From UHGV virus genome UHGV-1280367: a stretch of 29,457 bases of DNA; one strand, written 5' to 3'. Shown in pieces: positions 8,313 through 15,908 of the stretch; position 1 is the first letter of the stretch, and every line of letters begins with the position of its first letter. Position numbers and translations under genes: made by a program. The notes below the pieces were generated by a model. That model was not told the DNA's origin. It ran no database searches and worked only from the letters and a program-made list of their open reading frames with translations. Source of the DNA: a virus.

Positions 8313-8897
8313 TTATTGTTTGCTTTTTTCGTTCTGGTTGATGACAAATTCAATGTAACTTTCGATCTTTGCTTTCTCGGTTTCGGGTAACAATGCGTAG
8401 CGCGAGCGGTCATAGTTGATGGTCGCAGGGTCGTGCGGGTGAATCAGTAATTCATAGCCGTGACGCCCGAATGCGGATGCCACATTCTCCAGGGTGGAAA
8501 TGGAAACGCTAACCTCATTGTTTAACAGGCGGCTGATTGTCACCTGGGCGACGCCGGATGCGCGGTGAAGTTTTCCCTGTGTTGAAAGGTCGCGGCTTTC
8601 GCTCATCCAGCGTTCCAGGTTGTGAGCCGCCAGCTGACCAATGTCGCTTGGGCCGACAGGCTGAAAACCTTCCTGAGAAAGCGAGCGATCGATATCAAGC
8701 CAGTTACGGGGTTTATTGGCGGCAGCTTCAATTTTTCGCGCAACCTGGTCGCCGATAACCTTCTTGCCAAGAGCCCAGCGGTTTACCAGATTTGCCTGAG
8801 TTCCAAGTTTTTCTGCCATCCGCGTCTGAACACCATTGAATTCACGGTCGATCAAGTCGTTGAGATTTTGCCTGCGGACGTCCTGGATACTTTTCAT
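8313..8897 (-). CDS. Phage repressor (CI-like), two helix-turn-helix regions, no S24 peptidase domain
   Basis: 194 aa. XRE-type HTH pattern near the N-terminus and a second HTH-like segment around residues 110-150. Divergent from the Cro-like gene across an operator-rich intergenic region. Confidence 0.65.
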   Translation of the reverse strand: MKSIQDVRRQNLNDLIDREFNGVQTRMAEKLGTQANLVNRWALGKKVIGDQVARKIEAAANKPRNWLDIDRSLSQEGFQPVGPSDIGQLAAHNLERWMSESRDLSTQGKLHRASGVAQVTISRLLNNEVSVSISTLENVASAFGRHGYELLIHPHDPATINYDRSRYALLPETEKAKIESYIEFVINQNEKSKQ

Positions 8898-8952
8898 TTT
8901 CTGGAAAATCGCCTCATATATGAATCAGTAGATGATTCAATTTAAAGCAATA

Positions 8953-9015
8953 TTACCCAACAGGTAAATGCACCTCATAGGTAACTATCCTTGATTTTTG
9001 TTACCTTATGGGTGA
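8953..9015. promoter_or_regulatory. Immunity-region operator cluster, three palindromes (8953..8967, 8970..8984, 9001..9015)
   Basis: TTACC-caaca-GGTAA, GCACC-tcata-GGTAA and TTACC-ttatg-GGTGA in the 154-bp repressor/cro intergenic region, arranged like an OR1-OR2-OR3 set. Confidence 0.55.
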
Positions 9016-9051
9016 ATATTTATTATCTGAAATAAATATCAGGCAATAGCT

Positions 9052-9282
9052 ATGAGCGATAACGGACATTTCGATTTCAAAAAGCACTGGCTTGCACTTA
9101 CTCCGGATGAGCGTGAAGCCTTCGCACAGGAAGCCGGAACGACGAGTCACTATATCCAGACTCACTTAACAGGTAAGCGCAAAATGCCAGGTAAAGTATT
9201 GATGAATGGGCTTTTTAAAGCCTGTAAAACAAGACAATGGCTGCGCTCAAAAGCAGAACTGGCATACTTCTTCTACTCATGA
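9052..9282 (+). CDS. Cro-like (YdaS/Cro family) DNA-binding protein
   Basis: 76 aa divergent from the repressor. HTH-like segment LTPDEREAFAQEAGTTSHYIQTHLTGKRKMP. Confidence 0.6.
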   Translation: MSDNGHFDFKKHWLALTPDEREAFAQEAGTTSHYIQTHLTGKRKMPGKVLMNGLFKACKTRQWLRSKAELAYFFYS

Positions 9283-9304
9283 TATCCAGCCACAACCCTC
9301 TGTA

Positions 9305-9328
9305 GACCGCCATCCGGCGGTCTTTTCA
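9305..9328 (+). terminator. Rho-independent terminator downstream of the cro-like gene (tR1-like position)
   Basis: Hairpin gaccgcc-atcc-ggcggtc followed by ttttcat. Confidence 0.6.
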
Positions 9329-9337
9329 TATCTATTC

Positions 9338-9352
9338 GCACCTTAAAGGTAA
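9338..9352. promoter_or_regulatory. Operator-like site GCACC-ttaaa-GGTAA
   Basis: Shares the core accttaaaggta with the site upstream of int. Lies between the tR1-like terminator and the zinc-ribbon gene. Confidence 0.4.
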
Positions 9353-9432
9353 CAAAAAACCAAATATGGTTGATCTTTTTTTTGTGTCAGCACAAAATAA
9401 CCGTAATCCCAATACTAATAACAGGGATTACC

Positions 9433-9633
9433 ATGGAAATCATTACACGTATTGATGCCGCAAAGCGCGGACTTAAACGCTACTACACCGGAAAAACATG
9501 TAAGCACGGACATGACAGTGAACGCTGGGTTTACAACGGACACTGTGTTGAGTGCACCATGGAATCAAACCGTCGTATCAGGGCAGAGATTAAGCAGATC
9601 ATGATTAATTCCTCCCCACAACATTCAAGCTGA
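9433..9633 (+). CDS. Small zinc-ribbon protein (Cys/His cluster), possible cII-like regulator
   Basis: 66 aa from the ATG at 9433, with an AGGGA-type ribosome-binding site upstream. Motif C-x-H-G-H ... C-x-x-C. Assigned by position between cro and O; function unproven. Confidence 0.4.
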   Translation: MEIITRIDAAKRGLKRYYTGKTCKHGHDSERWVYNGHCVECTMESNRRIRAEIKQIMINSSPQHSS

Positions 9634-9648
9634 TAGCGGAGATTAATC

Positions 9649-10464
9649 ATGAGCAGACATGCAACAGATTGGGCCTGGGAGACAGATCCAGGTAGCTCGT
9701 CATTAAAGCTCATACTGCTCTCGATGGCTGACAGAGCCGATGAATATAACCTCTGCTACCCCAGCATAGAACGCCTCGTTAAAGACACTTGCCTGAATAA
9801 AAAAACCGTGCAGGCCGGGCTTATATCGCTCATGAAAATGGGGCTTATTTCAGATACCGGAGAGAGAAAGGGAGCGACGAAAAGAGTGCGGGTTTTCTCT
9901 CTTAATATAACCAAAAACGGGAACATTAAAGGCAACCGGGAAGGGGGTAATGAACCCGAAAACGGTAATGTTACCGAAAACGGGAATATACCCAAAAACG
10001 GGATGTTGAATGATCCCAAAAACGGGATGTTGAATGATCCCAAAAACGGGATCCAGAACCAGTCATATAACCAGTCATTTAACCAAGAGAGGGAGAGCAG
10101 GACAAAAACCGGGGATTCTGTTCCTCATGACCCCGGCGCAAACAACGCCGTGATGAATAACTTTGTTCCTCCTGGTGGGCCAGGGCAATTAGGCAAATTT
10201 GTCATGCATGAACAATGGCAGCCATCAGATGACTTTCTTCGGAAAAGCTCATTGCAGGGGATCTACCTGGACAGTCTGCCAACGGCACAGGAACTTGCAG
10301 AGTTCAGAATTTACTGGATGGCTGAGGGTAAGGCATACCATCAGGCACAGTGGGAGCAGAAGCTGGCAAGGCGGCTGCAGATTAGCAGACAGAAGCAATC
10401 AACATTACCTGATAACAACGTTCCGCACTGGAACAGCCCTGAAGCGTGGGAGGATTTCTTGTGA
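9649..10464 (+). CDS. Replication initiator (lambda O-like, N-terminal HTH, DnaT-like C-terminus)
   Basis: 271 aa. The N-terminus resembles the phage replisome-organiser N-domain; the gene contains DNA iterons; it is followed by a lambda P-like gene. Confidence 0.7.
   Translation: MSRHATDWAWETDPGSSSLKLILLSMADRADEYNLCYPSIERLVKDTCLNKKTVQAGLISLMKMGLISDTGERKGATKRVRVFSLNITKNGNIKGNREGGNEPENGNVTENGNIPKNGMLNDPKNGMLNDPKNGIQNQSYNQSFNQERESRTKTGDSVPHDPGANNAVMNNFVPPGGPGQLGKFVMHEQWQPSDDFLRKSSLQGIYLDSLPTAQELAEFRIYWMAEGKAYHQAQWEQKLARRLQISRQKQSTLPDNNVPHWNSPEAWEDFL
9911..10049. repeat. Origin-like iteron array: six direct repeats of CC(A/G)AAAACGG
   Basis: Copies start at 9911, 9956, 9974, 9992, 10016 and 10040 (spacings 45, 18, 18, 24, 24 bp). 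They encode the peptide repeats PKNGMLND and lie inside the initiator gene, as in lambda ori. Confidence 0.7.
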
Positions 10465-11246
10465 ACAACGTTTTTACCGCGATACAAAACCGTGACGGAG
10501 AAGCCCTTTCTCGCATGTCAGGTTATGAGCATCAGTACGTCAACAATGACAATGTGGTGAACATGTCAGCAGAGAGGCTTGTTGATGCCCTTTTCAAACA
10601 GCTGAAACAACTGTTTCCGGCGGCAGTGGTAACCAACCTGAAGACGCCAGAGCAGGAAGTTGCTGCAAAACAGCAGTGGATTGCTGCGTTTGCCGAAGGG
10701 GGAATACGTACCCGTGAACAGGTTTCTGCTGGTATGCGCCACGCCCGCGCCAGTGAATCTCCGTTCTGGCCGTCGCCAGGGCAATTCATCAAGTGGTGTA
10801 AAGACAGCAAGATGGTTCTTGGCGTCACCATTGACGATGTGATGGCGGAGTTTCACCGGTACAGCAAGGAAAAAAGTTTATATCCTGGTGGTCCCGAAAG
10901 ATTCCCGTGGCGGCATCCGGTTATGTACTGGGTCGTATGTGATACACGCCGTGCAATGTATCAGCGCCAGCTTAGCGAGATTGAGGTTGAGAAACACGCG
11001 CGCAGGCTGCTCGATGATTGGGCGAAAAAGGTGGCTTCCGGACAGCAGATACCCGATCCGGTGATCAGCATACAGGCAAAGCCAGAACCCATGAGTACAC
11101 CTCCGGACACAGGGAGAGACGTTTACCATCCACCAGGGCGAAGTTTCGGGTGCATGCCTAACGCCGCCACCCTGGGGGGAATAACACCGGCGCAGTGGCT
11201 GATGGAGGAATACAGGCGGGGAAAGGCGGCAGGATTTATCAAGTAA
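10446..11246 (+). CDS. Replication protein P-like helicase loader
   Basis: The block FPAAVVTNLK...QQWIAAFAEGGIRTREQVSAGMRHARASESPFWPSPGQFIKWC parallels lambda P (FPAS...RRQWVLAFRENGITTMEQVNAGMRVARRQNRPFLPSPGQFVAWC) as I recall it. Start could be GTG at 10446 or GTG at 10461 overlapping the O stop. Confidence 0.8.
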   Translation: MGGFLVNNVFTAIQNRDGEALSRMSGYEHQYVNNDNVVNMSAERLVDALFKQLKQLFPAAVVTNLKTPEQEVAAKQQWIAAFAEGGIRTREQVSAGMRHARASESPFWPSPGQFIKWCKDSKMVLGVTIDDVMAEFHRYSKEKSLYPGGPERFPWRHPVMYWVVCDTRRAMYQRQLSEIEVEKHARRLLDDWAKKVASGQQIPDPVISIQAKPEPMSTPPDTGRDVYHPPGRSFGCMPNAATLGGITPAQWLMEEYRRGKAAGFIK

Positions 11247-11251
11247 TACCA

Positions 11252-11271
11252 GCGCGATGGCGCATTTTTTT
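11252..11271 (+). terminator. Weak terminator-like hairpin plus T-run after the P-like gene
   Basis: gcgc-gatg-gcgc followed by a T7 run; the stem is only 4 bp. Confidence 0.3.
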
Positions 11272-11283
11272 ACGTCTCGATGA

Positions 11284-11360
11284 TTACCTTCTAGGTAATA
11301 AAATATTCTAAAATCTATTGATTTCGTGTCTTATGTGGTTTTTAATTACCTCAGAGGTAA
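11284..11360. promoter_or_regulatory. Two TTACC-N5-GGTAA palindromes (11284..11298, 11346..11360) upstream of the DUF1064-like gene
   Basis: TTACC-ttcta-GGTAA and TTACC-tcaga-GGTAA. The second overlaps the ribosome-binding region of the gene starting at 11364. Confidence 0.5.
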
Positions 11361-11363
11361 ATC

Positions 11364-11708
11364 ATGAGAAAACAGATACAGGCTCTTGGTCGACTCAAAA
11401 CAGGCCAGATGAACAAAACAGAATCTGCGTATTGCCAGCACCTTGAGCAGCGTAAACGTGCAGGGGAAATCGCCTGGTATCGATTCGAGGGTATCAAGCT
11501 GCGGTTAGCTGACAACACGTTCTATACGCCCGATTTTGCTGTGATGCTCGCCACCGGCGAGATGGAACTGCACGAAGTGAAAGGTTTCTGGACCGACGAC
11601 GCCAGAGTGAAAACCAAAGTCGCCGCAGATCAGTATCCGTTCCGAATCATCGGGGTAACGGTTAAACCAAAGAAAGCAGGTGGTGGCTGGAACATCGAAG
11701 AGTTCTGA
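11364..11708 (+). CDS. DUF1064-like small protein
   Basis: 114 aa; pattern AGEI...Y.PDF.V...E.HEVKG resembles the DUF1064 family common in lambdoid early regions (recognition by eye). Confidence 0.5.
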   Translation: MRKQIQALGRLKTGQMNKTESAYCQHLEQRKRAGEIAWYRFEGIKLRLADNTFYTPDFAVMLATGEMELHEVKGFWTDDARVKTKVAADQYPFRIIGVTVKPKKAGGGWNIEEF

Positions 11709-11769
11709 ATCGACGATCTTTTTAGTTATCAATGTAATCAATAAGTTATGTGGATAAGCGAGGGTAAAG

Positions 11770-12330
11770 ATGGAAAGTAATATCAAAGGGTTAGTTTACG
11801 CCGGGCATGAGATGGCTTCGGAACTGAAAGCAGAATGTGGTGCCGTTGATATGCGTAGTGTGGCAAAGCTGATCAGCGATTTGGCAACGCAACTGGAAGT
11901 GCAACTGGTGCGTGCTAATGCGATGGCGTCGGAGAATGAGGCGTTGAAGTCGAACCTGATTTACTGGGGCGGCGAAGATTCAGGGGCTGTCAGAAGTCCG
12001 CTTGATTACGCCCGTGCAGCCGGGCTGGAATCTGGAGAGGAGTTTGAGATGCAAGTGGCAGCCAGAATGCCGAACCTGACTTATCGCGTTGTGTCGAATT
12101 CCCGATTCAGAACAACAATAGAACTGGTTGACGGATCATTGCCGGAAACCCCAGCCACCGATGCTTTTCTGGCTGAAGTACGGGCGCAGGCGTTTAATGA
12201 CCTTTGCTCGGCGTTCGTTAAACACGCGAATCTCGCGGGAATGGATGATGGTGAGCTAGTGAGTCTTAAATATGCGACGGACGCCCTGCTGCATTGTGCG
12301 GAACAGCTTCGCAAAGGAGGCAACCAGTGA
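11770..12330 (+). CDS. Hypothetical protein
   Basis: 186-aa ORF with compact spacing to its neighbours; no recognisable motif. Confidence 0.4.
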   Translation: MESNIKGLVYAGHEMASELKAECGAVDMRSVAKLISDLATQLEVQLVRANAMASENEALKSNLIYWGGEDSGAVRSPLDYARAAGLESGEEFEMQVAARMPNLTYRVVSNSRFRTTIELVDGSLPETPATDAFLAEVRAQAFNDLCSAFVKHANLAGMDDGELVSLKYATDALLHCAEQLRKGGNQ

Positions 12331-12872
12331 GTGTAACGGTTGAAAAGATTGATGTGTTGTCATTCGTTATAACCGGTGCAGAGCGACTAGATCCGGTTCG
12401 AGTGATGATTGAAAACTACGAACCTGGTAAGGGAAGAATCACCATCACCAGCTACGGAAAAGCGTGGACTGCGGCTTGGTTTGCTATGGGCGGTGATGAT
12501 GTGCAGACGTTCATTAAGCGAGTCAGCAACGACTATCTAATCGACAATTTCGACCCTCAACTGCTAAGCACGGTCGACGATGACAACGATGCAAATCTGC
12601 TTTTCGTGAAGTCAGAAATCATAAAGTTACGAAGAGAGAGAGAAATCGACGCTGTACAGGCTCGCGAAATGTGGGACGAGGCGGAAAACGCCGATGACGT
12701 AAAAGAAAGCTGCTGCTGTTTCGGCGTCGGTAACAAACTACTGAATCTCTTTGGTGATGATCCGTGGTATGCCAACTGGCCAACGATACCAAACCCGAAA
12801 TACCAGTATCTGGAACGCGTACTTAATGCAGTGAGAGACGGTCTTAAGCAAATAGAGAAGGTGGAACCATGA
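12327..12872 (+). CDS. Hypothetical protein
   Basis: GTG start at 12327 overlaps the upstream stop (GTGA), with a strong AAAGGAGG ribosome-binding site 7 nt upstream. Confidence 0.45.
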   Translation: MSVTVEKIDVLSFVITGAERLDPVRVMIENYEPGKGRITITSYGKAWTAAWFAMGGDDVQTFIKRVSNDYLIDNFDPQLLSTVDDDNDANLLFVKSEIIKLRREREIDAVQAREMWDEAENADDVKESCCCFGVGNKLLNLFGDDPWYANWPTIPNPKYQYLERVLNAVRDGLKQIEKVEP

Positions 12873-13168
12873 CTGTATGTCTTATTGATAAACGTCGACG
12901 TGGGCAACAAATACCATCTGTTGAAATGCCGAATCACACATGGTTTTGCGTACTTGATATCGATGGTATGGATACGTTGGTTGACACTCGTCATTACTGC
13001 GATACCGCAACAGCTACTCCGGCGAAAGCAAAGAAAATGGCTGCTCTGATAGAAAACTGGACTCCACCTGATGGTTGGTGCAATGGGAATGATCGAGATT
13101 GGCACGAAAAAATGAAGGGCTATATCTGCGATTTTTTACGTAAATGCAACGGCTTCAGGGTGATGTGA
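12869..13168 (+). CDS. Hypothetical protein
   Basis: 99-aa ORF overlapping the upstream stop. Confidence 0.4.
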   Translation: MTVCLIDKRRRGQQIPSVEMPNHTWFCVLDIDGMDTLVDTRHYCDTATATPAKAKKMAALIENWTPPDGWCNGNDRDWHEKMKGYICDFLRKCNGFRVM

Positions 13169-13169
13169 C

Positions 13170-13454
13170 ATGAGCAAGATTGACTATCAGGCACTGCGTG
13201 AAAAGGCAGAGAAAGCAACGTGTGGTGTGTGGTCGCTCGAATATGGAGAGGGCCGATTTGATGGTGATGATGCACTAATTCATCGCGAGGCTGCTGGGTA
13301 TATTCCCATTTGCAGAATTGAAGGAGCGCATCCAGAAAGCGGTTTCGATGAAGATTTCCAAATGGATTCGAAAGAATGCATTGACGTAATTCGTGAAGAA
13401 GTAAAGCGATGGAATGATTCCCGCGCCGCTGGTATTCGCATCAAAGGAGAGTGA
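13170..13454 (+). CDS. Ea22-like small protein
   Basis: N-terminal DYQALREKAEKATCGVW resembles the ead/Ea22-like family motif (recognition by eye). Confidence 0.45.
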   Translation: MSKIDYQALREKAEKATCGVWSLEYGEGRFDGDDALIHREAAGYIPICRIEGAHPESGFDEDFQMDSKECIDVIREEVKRWNDSRAAGIRIKGE

Positions 13455-13455
13455 G

Positions 13456-13647
13456 ATGAACGGACAAATATCAATTGTTCGACCAGGAGCATGTGACGAT
13501 CGCGAAATACGAATGATTATTCGTCTGGCGAGGGGGAAAACAATAACTGCTCTCATTACTCCAGAAAATCTCGCATTAGCATTAACCGGAAAGTCAGACC
13601 TGCCAGTAGAGCTAAAGCTGCGAAATGTTGAGATTAAGGTGAAATAG
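13456..13647 (+). CDS. Hypothetical small protein (63 aa)
   Basis: ATG at 13456 with a GGAGAG ribosome-binding site, directly after the upstream stop. Confidence 0.35.
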   Translation: MNGQISIVRPGACDDREIRMIIRLARGKTITALITPENLALALTGKSDLPVELKLRNVEIKVK

Positions 13648-13649
13648 TT

Positions 13650-14402
13650 ATGAATACTCTTACCAAAGAATGGTTACAGAACACGATTACCGGAATTGAG
13701 TCGATAATAGACGATAAATCGTTTGTATGTAGTGAAATAGCATTCGAAATAGGTGTGGTTAACAACATACTTACCGCATTTAAAATTGCACTGGCATCGC
13801 TGGCAGCAGTATCGGATGAACGGGCAGCCTATGAATTATTTATGGAGAAGCGTTTCGGGGAATCTGTAGATCGCCGCAGGGCAAAAAATGGTGATAGAGA
13901 ATACATGGCATGGGATATGGCGCTTGGCTGGATTATCTGGTGTCACCGCGCCGCCATGCTTCAGGGAGGCCAACCTGTAAACCAAACTTACAACTTGCCA
14001 GAATTAATCGAAGGCATGGAAGTTTCCATTGATGTAAGCACTTGTGATGCTGATTTAGGTAATCGCTATTTCGGCACCGTCACCGAGGCGTTAGAACTTG
14101 ATACTGCCAAGAATGGTTACATCCTCCTGGTTCAGGACGCAGAGCCAAACTTCGATGTAAATGGCAACTCTCCGGCAACTCCGGATAGTTGGATAAGCTG
14201 TAGTGAGCGAATGCCGGAAGACACCAAAATGTTACTGGCATTTAGTCAAGGTGAAATCGTGGCCGCATATTGGAACTGGGTTGTAAATCCAATTGATTAC
14301 AAAAAATACAGAGCTTTCACGTATTTATCAGGAAATATCCTAGATGACGTAACCCACTGGATGCCGCTGCCAGAACCGCCGCAGGAGGTTAACCGTGGCT
14401 AA
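13650..14402 (+). CDS. DUF551-domain protein
   Basis: C-terminal ...SERMPED...THWMPLPEPP is the characteristic DUF551 ending (recognition by eye). Confidence 0.55.
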   Translation: MNTLTKEWLQNTITGIESIIDDKSFVCSEIAFEIGVVNNILTAFKIALASLAAVSDERAAYELFMEKRFGESVDRRRAKNGDREYMAWDMALGWIIWCHRAAMLQGGQPVNQTYNLPELIEGMEVSIDVSTCDADLGNRYFGTVTEALELDTAKNGYILLVQDAEPNFDVNGNSPATPDSWISCSERMPEDTKMLLAFSQGEIVAAYWNWVVNPIDYKKYRAFTYLSGNILDDVTHWMPLPEPPQEVNRG

Positions 14403-14676
14403 CCTGCAACTTGCCGTCAAAGGTGAATACTTCGATGCCATGATTCGCGGAGATAAAACGGAAGAGTATCGCCTGTGTAATGACTACTGGGAAAAGCGAA
14501 TTATGTTCCGGGAATATGACCGCCTGATTATCACAAAGGGATATCCGAAGCGTGACGATTCCAGCCGCAGAATTGACGTTCCGTATGGCGGCTATGAAAT
14601 CAAGACAATCACACATCCGCACTTCGGCGATAAACCGGTAAAGGTATACGCGATAAAGGTAAATATTGATGGCTAA
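14395..14676 (+). CDS. DUF3850/ASCH-like small protein
   Basis: 93 aa; the start of the protein, LAVKGEYFDAMIRGDKTEEYR, resembles the DUF3850 fold family (recognition by eye). Confidence 0.4.
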   Translation: MANLQLAVKGEYFDAMIRGDKTEEYRLCNDYWEKRIMFREYDRLIITKGYPKRDDSSRRIDVPYGGYEIKTITHPHFGDKPVKVYAIKVNIDG

Positions 14677-15007
14677 ATCAGCAGCAGAGCGCAAAGCCGC
14701 TCAGAGAGCCAGACAAGCTGCATCTGGTGTACGTAAGCTGGAGATTGTGCTTGATGCTCAGGAAATTGAAATGCTGGAGCGTAACTGTGCCACACGTCGC
14801 CCCGGGCGTGCGCCTTACGAATTTGGTGAGTATATAGCGTTACTGATCCGCCAGGATGATGCACGCGTGCGCGGGCGTATAAAATCGATCAGCAGAAAAC
14901 GTTGCGGTAAGTGCGGCGAGAGAGTTCCTGTGAATTCATGCCCGTGTAATGGTGACTCGCAATGCTGGGTAACCAAAGGCTGGCATGAAACGAAATTAAT
15001 AGTGTGA
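14669..15007 (+). CDS. Putative ribbon-helix-helix-like DNA-binding protein with C-terminal Cys-rich zinc finger; candidate late-gene regulator
   Basis: N-terminal ERKAAQRARQAASGVRKLEIVLDAQEIEMLER resembles RHH regulators; C-terminal CGKCGER...CPCNGDSQC cysteine cluster. ATG at 14669 (the track starts at a TTG at 14666). Confidence 0.35.
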   Translation: MAKSAAERKAAQRARQAASGVRKLEIVLDAQEIEMLERNCATRRPGRAPYEFGEYIALLIRQDDARVRGRIKSISRKRCGKCGERVPVNSCPCNGDSQCWVTKGWHETKLIV

Positions 15008-15024
15008 CATGTCACGAAGGTGTT

Positions 15025-15237
15025 ATGCCAAAAATACGCTACGACCTTGAAGATATGAGAGATAACTCAGCAAATTTTCCGAAAGAGGTTAAATTTCTCA
15101 TGCATAAGTATGGTTGCGCCAGGAGGGATATAGTTATCGACAGTCAGCACCCTTGCGGCGAGGATGTAATTTTCATTCGCGGTAAATGGGAAGGGTATCT
15201 TGACGAGAGTTTTTACGATGAATTTGATGGACTTTGA
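15025..15237 (+). CDS. Hypothetical small protein
   Basis: ATG at 15025 preceded by a GAAGGTG ribosome-binding site (the track ORF starts at a GTG at 15004). Confidence 0.35.
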   Translation: MPKIRYDLEDMRDNSANFPKEVKFLMHKYGCARRDIVIDSQHPCGEDVIFIRGKWEGYLDESFYDEFDGL

Positions 15238-15279
15238 ATACTGCCGCCAACTATGGCGGCTTTATTTTGCATGGTACTA

Positions 15280-15312
15280 TTACCACAACGGTAACTATTA
15301 CCACGGTGGTTA
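15280..15312. promoter_or_regulatory. Two operator-like palindromes immediately upstream of terS (15280..15294, 15298..15312)
   Basis: TTACC-acaac-GGTAA and the weaker variant TTACC-acggt-GGTTA, ending at the terS start codon. Confidence 0.4.
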
Positions 15313-15908
15313 TGATGCCTGCTGAACCTAAAACCTATAAACGCAAATCAACGCAATTTAAGCCACTAACAGCAATGCAGGAGGCTTATTGCCAGTCATA
15401 CATCAAAACGCCTGAAAACCAGACTCAGGCAGCGATTAACGCAGGATTCTCCCCAAATACAGCGGCAGTTAAAGCCAGTGTCATGATGCGCGATGAACGC
15501 ATTCAAAAACGGATTGCCGAGCTGATGGAAGAGCGCAACAAACGAATGCGCGTCAGTGCTGATTACGTTCTCATGCGCCTGGTGGAGATCGACCAGATGG
15601 ACGTGATCGACATCCTCAACGACGATGGGAGCCTTAAGCCAATCCGCGAGTGGCCGAAAATCTGGCGCACTACGCTTAGCGGCTTTGATCTGTCATCGAC
15701 CATCATGAACATGAACGAGGATTCGATAGAGACAATCCTCAAAAAAATTAAATGGCCTGACAAGGTGAAGAACCTCGAACTGATTGGTAAGCACGTCGAC
15801 GTCAACGCATTCAAAGAACGCCTGGATGTTAATGTGAATGTGACAATTGCTGATCGCATAGCAGCAGCCAGGAAGCGACTCAAAGAACGTCAGGATGGTA
15901 ATCAGTGA
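15312..15908 (+). CDS. terS: Terminase small subunit
   Basis: From the ATG at 15312 (MMPAEPKT...): QEAYCQSYIKTPENQTQAAINAGFSPNTAAVKASVMMRDERIQKRI is a typical small-terminase N-terminal DNA-binding region. The track's longer N-terminal extension is low-complexity. Confidence 0.7.
   Translation: MMPAEPKTYKRKSTQFKPLTAMQEAYCQSYIKTPENQTQAAINAGFSPNTAAVKASVMMRDERIQKRIAELMEERNKRMRVSADYVLMRLVEIDQMDVIDILNDDGSLKPIREWPKIWRTTLSGFDLSSTIMNMNEDSIETILKKIKWPDKVKNLELIGKHVDVNAFKERLDVNVNVTIADRIAAARKRLKERQDGNQ

Noticed and set aside
9756-10043. 95-aa minus-strand ORF with repeated FNIPFLGSFNIPFLG
   Set aside because: The peptide repetition is the reverse-complement reading of the iteron repeats inside the initiator gene, not a separate gene.
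15005-15016. GTGACATGTCAC as a host matS site
   Set aside because: As I recall it, matS is the 13-bp GTGAC-RNY-GTCAC. This motif is 12 bp with a 2-bp centre, so it does not fit the consensus spacing.
15234-15311. N-terminal extension of terS (MNTAANYGGFILHGTITTTVTITTVV)
   Set aside because: Low-complexity sequence that overlaps the operator-like palindromes; the ATG at 15312 gives a conventional small-terminase N-terminus.
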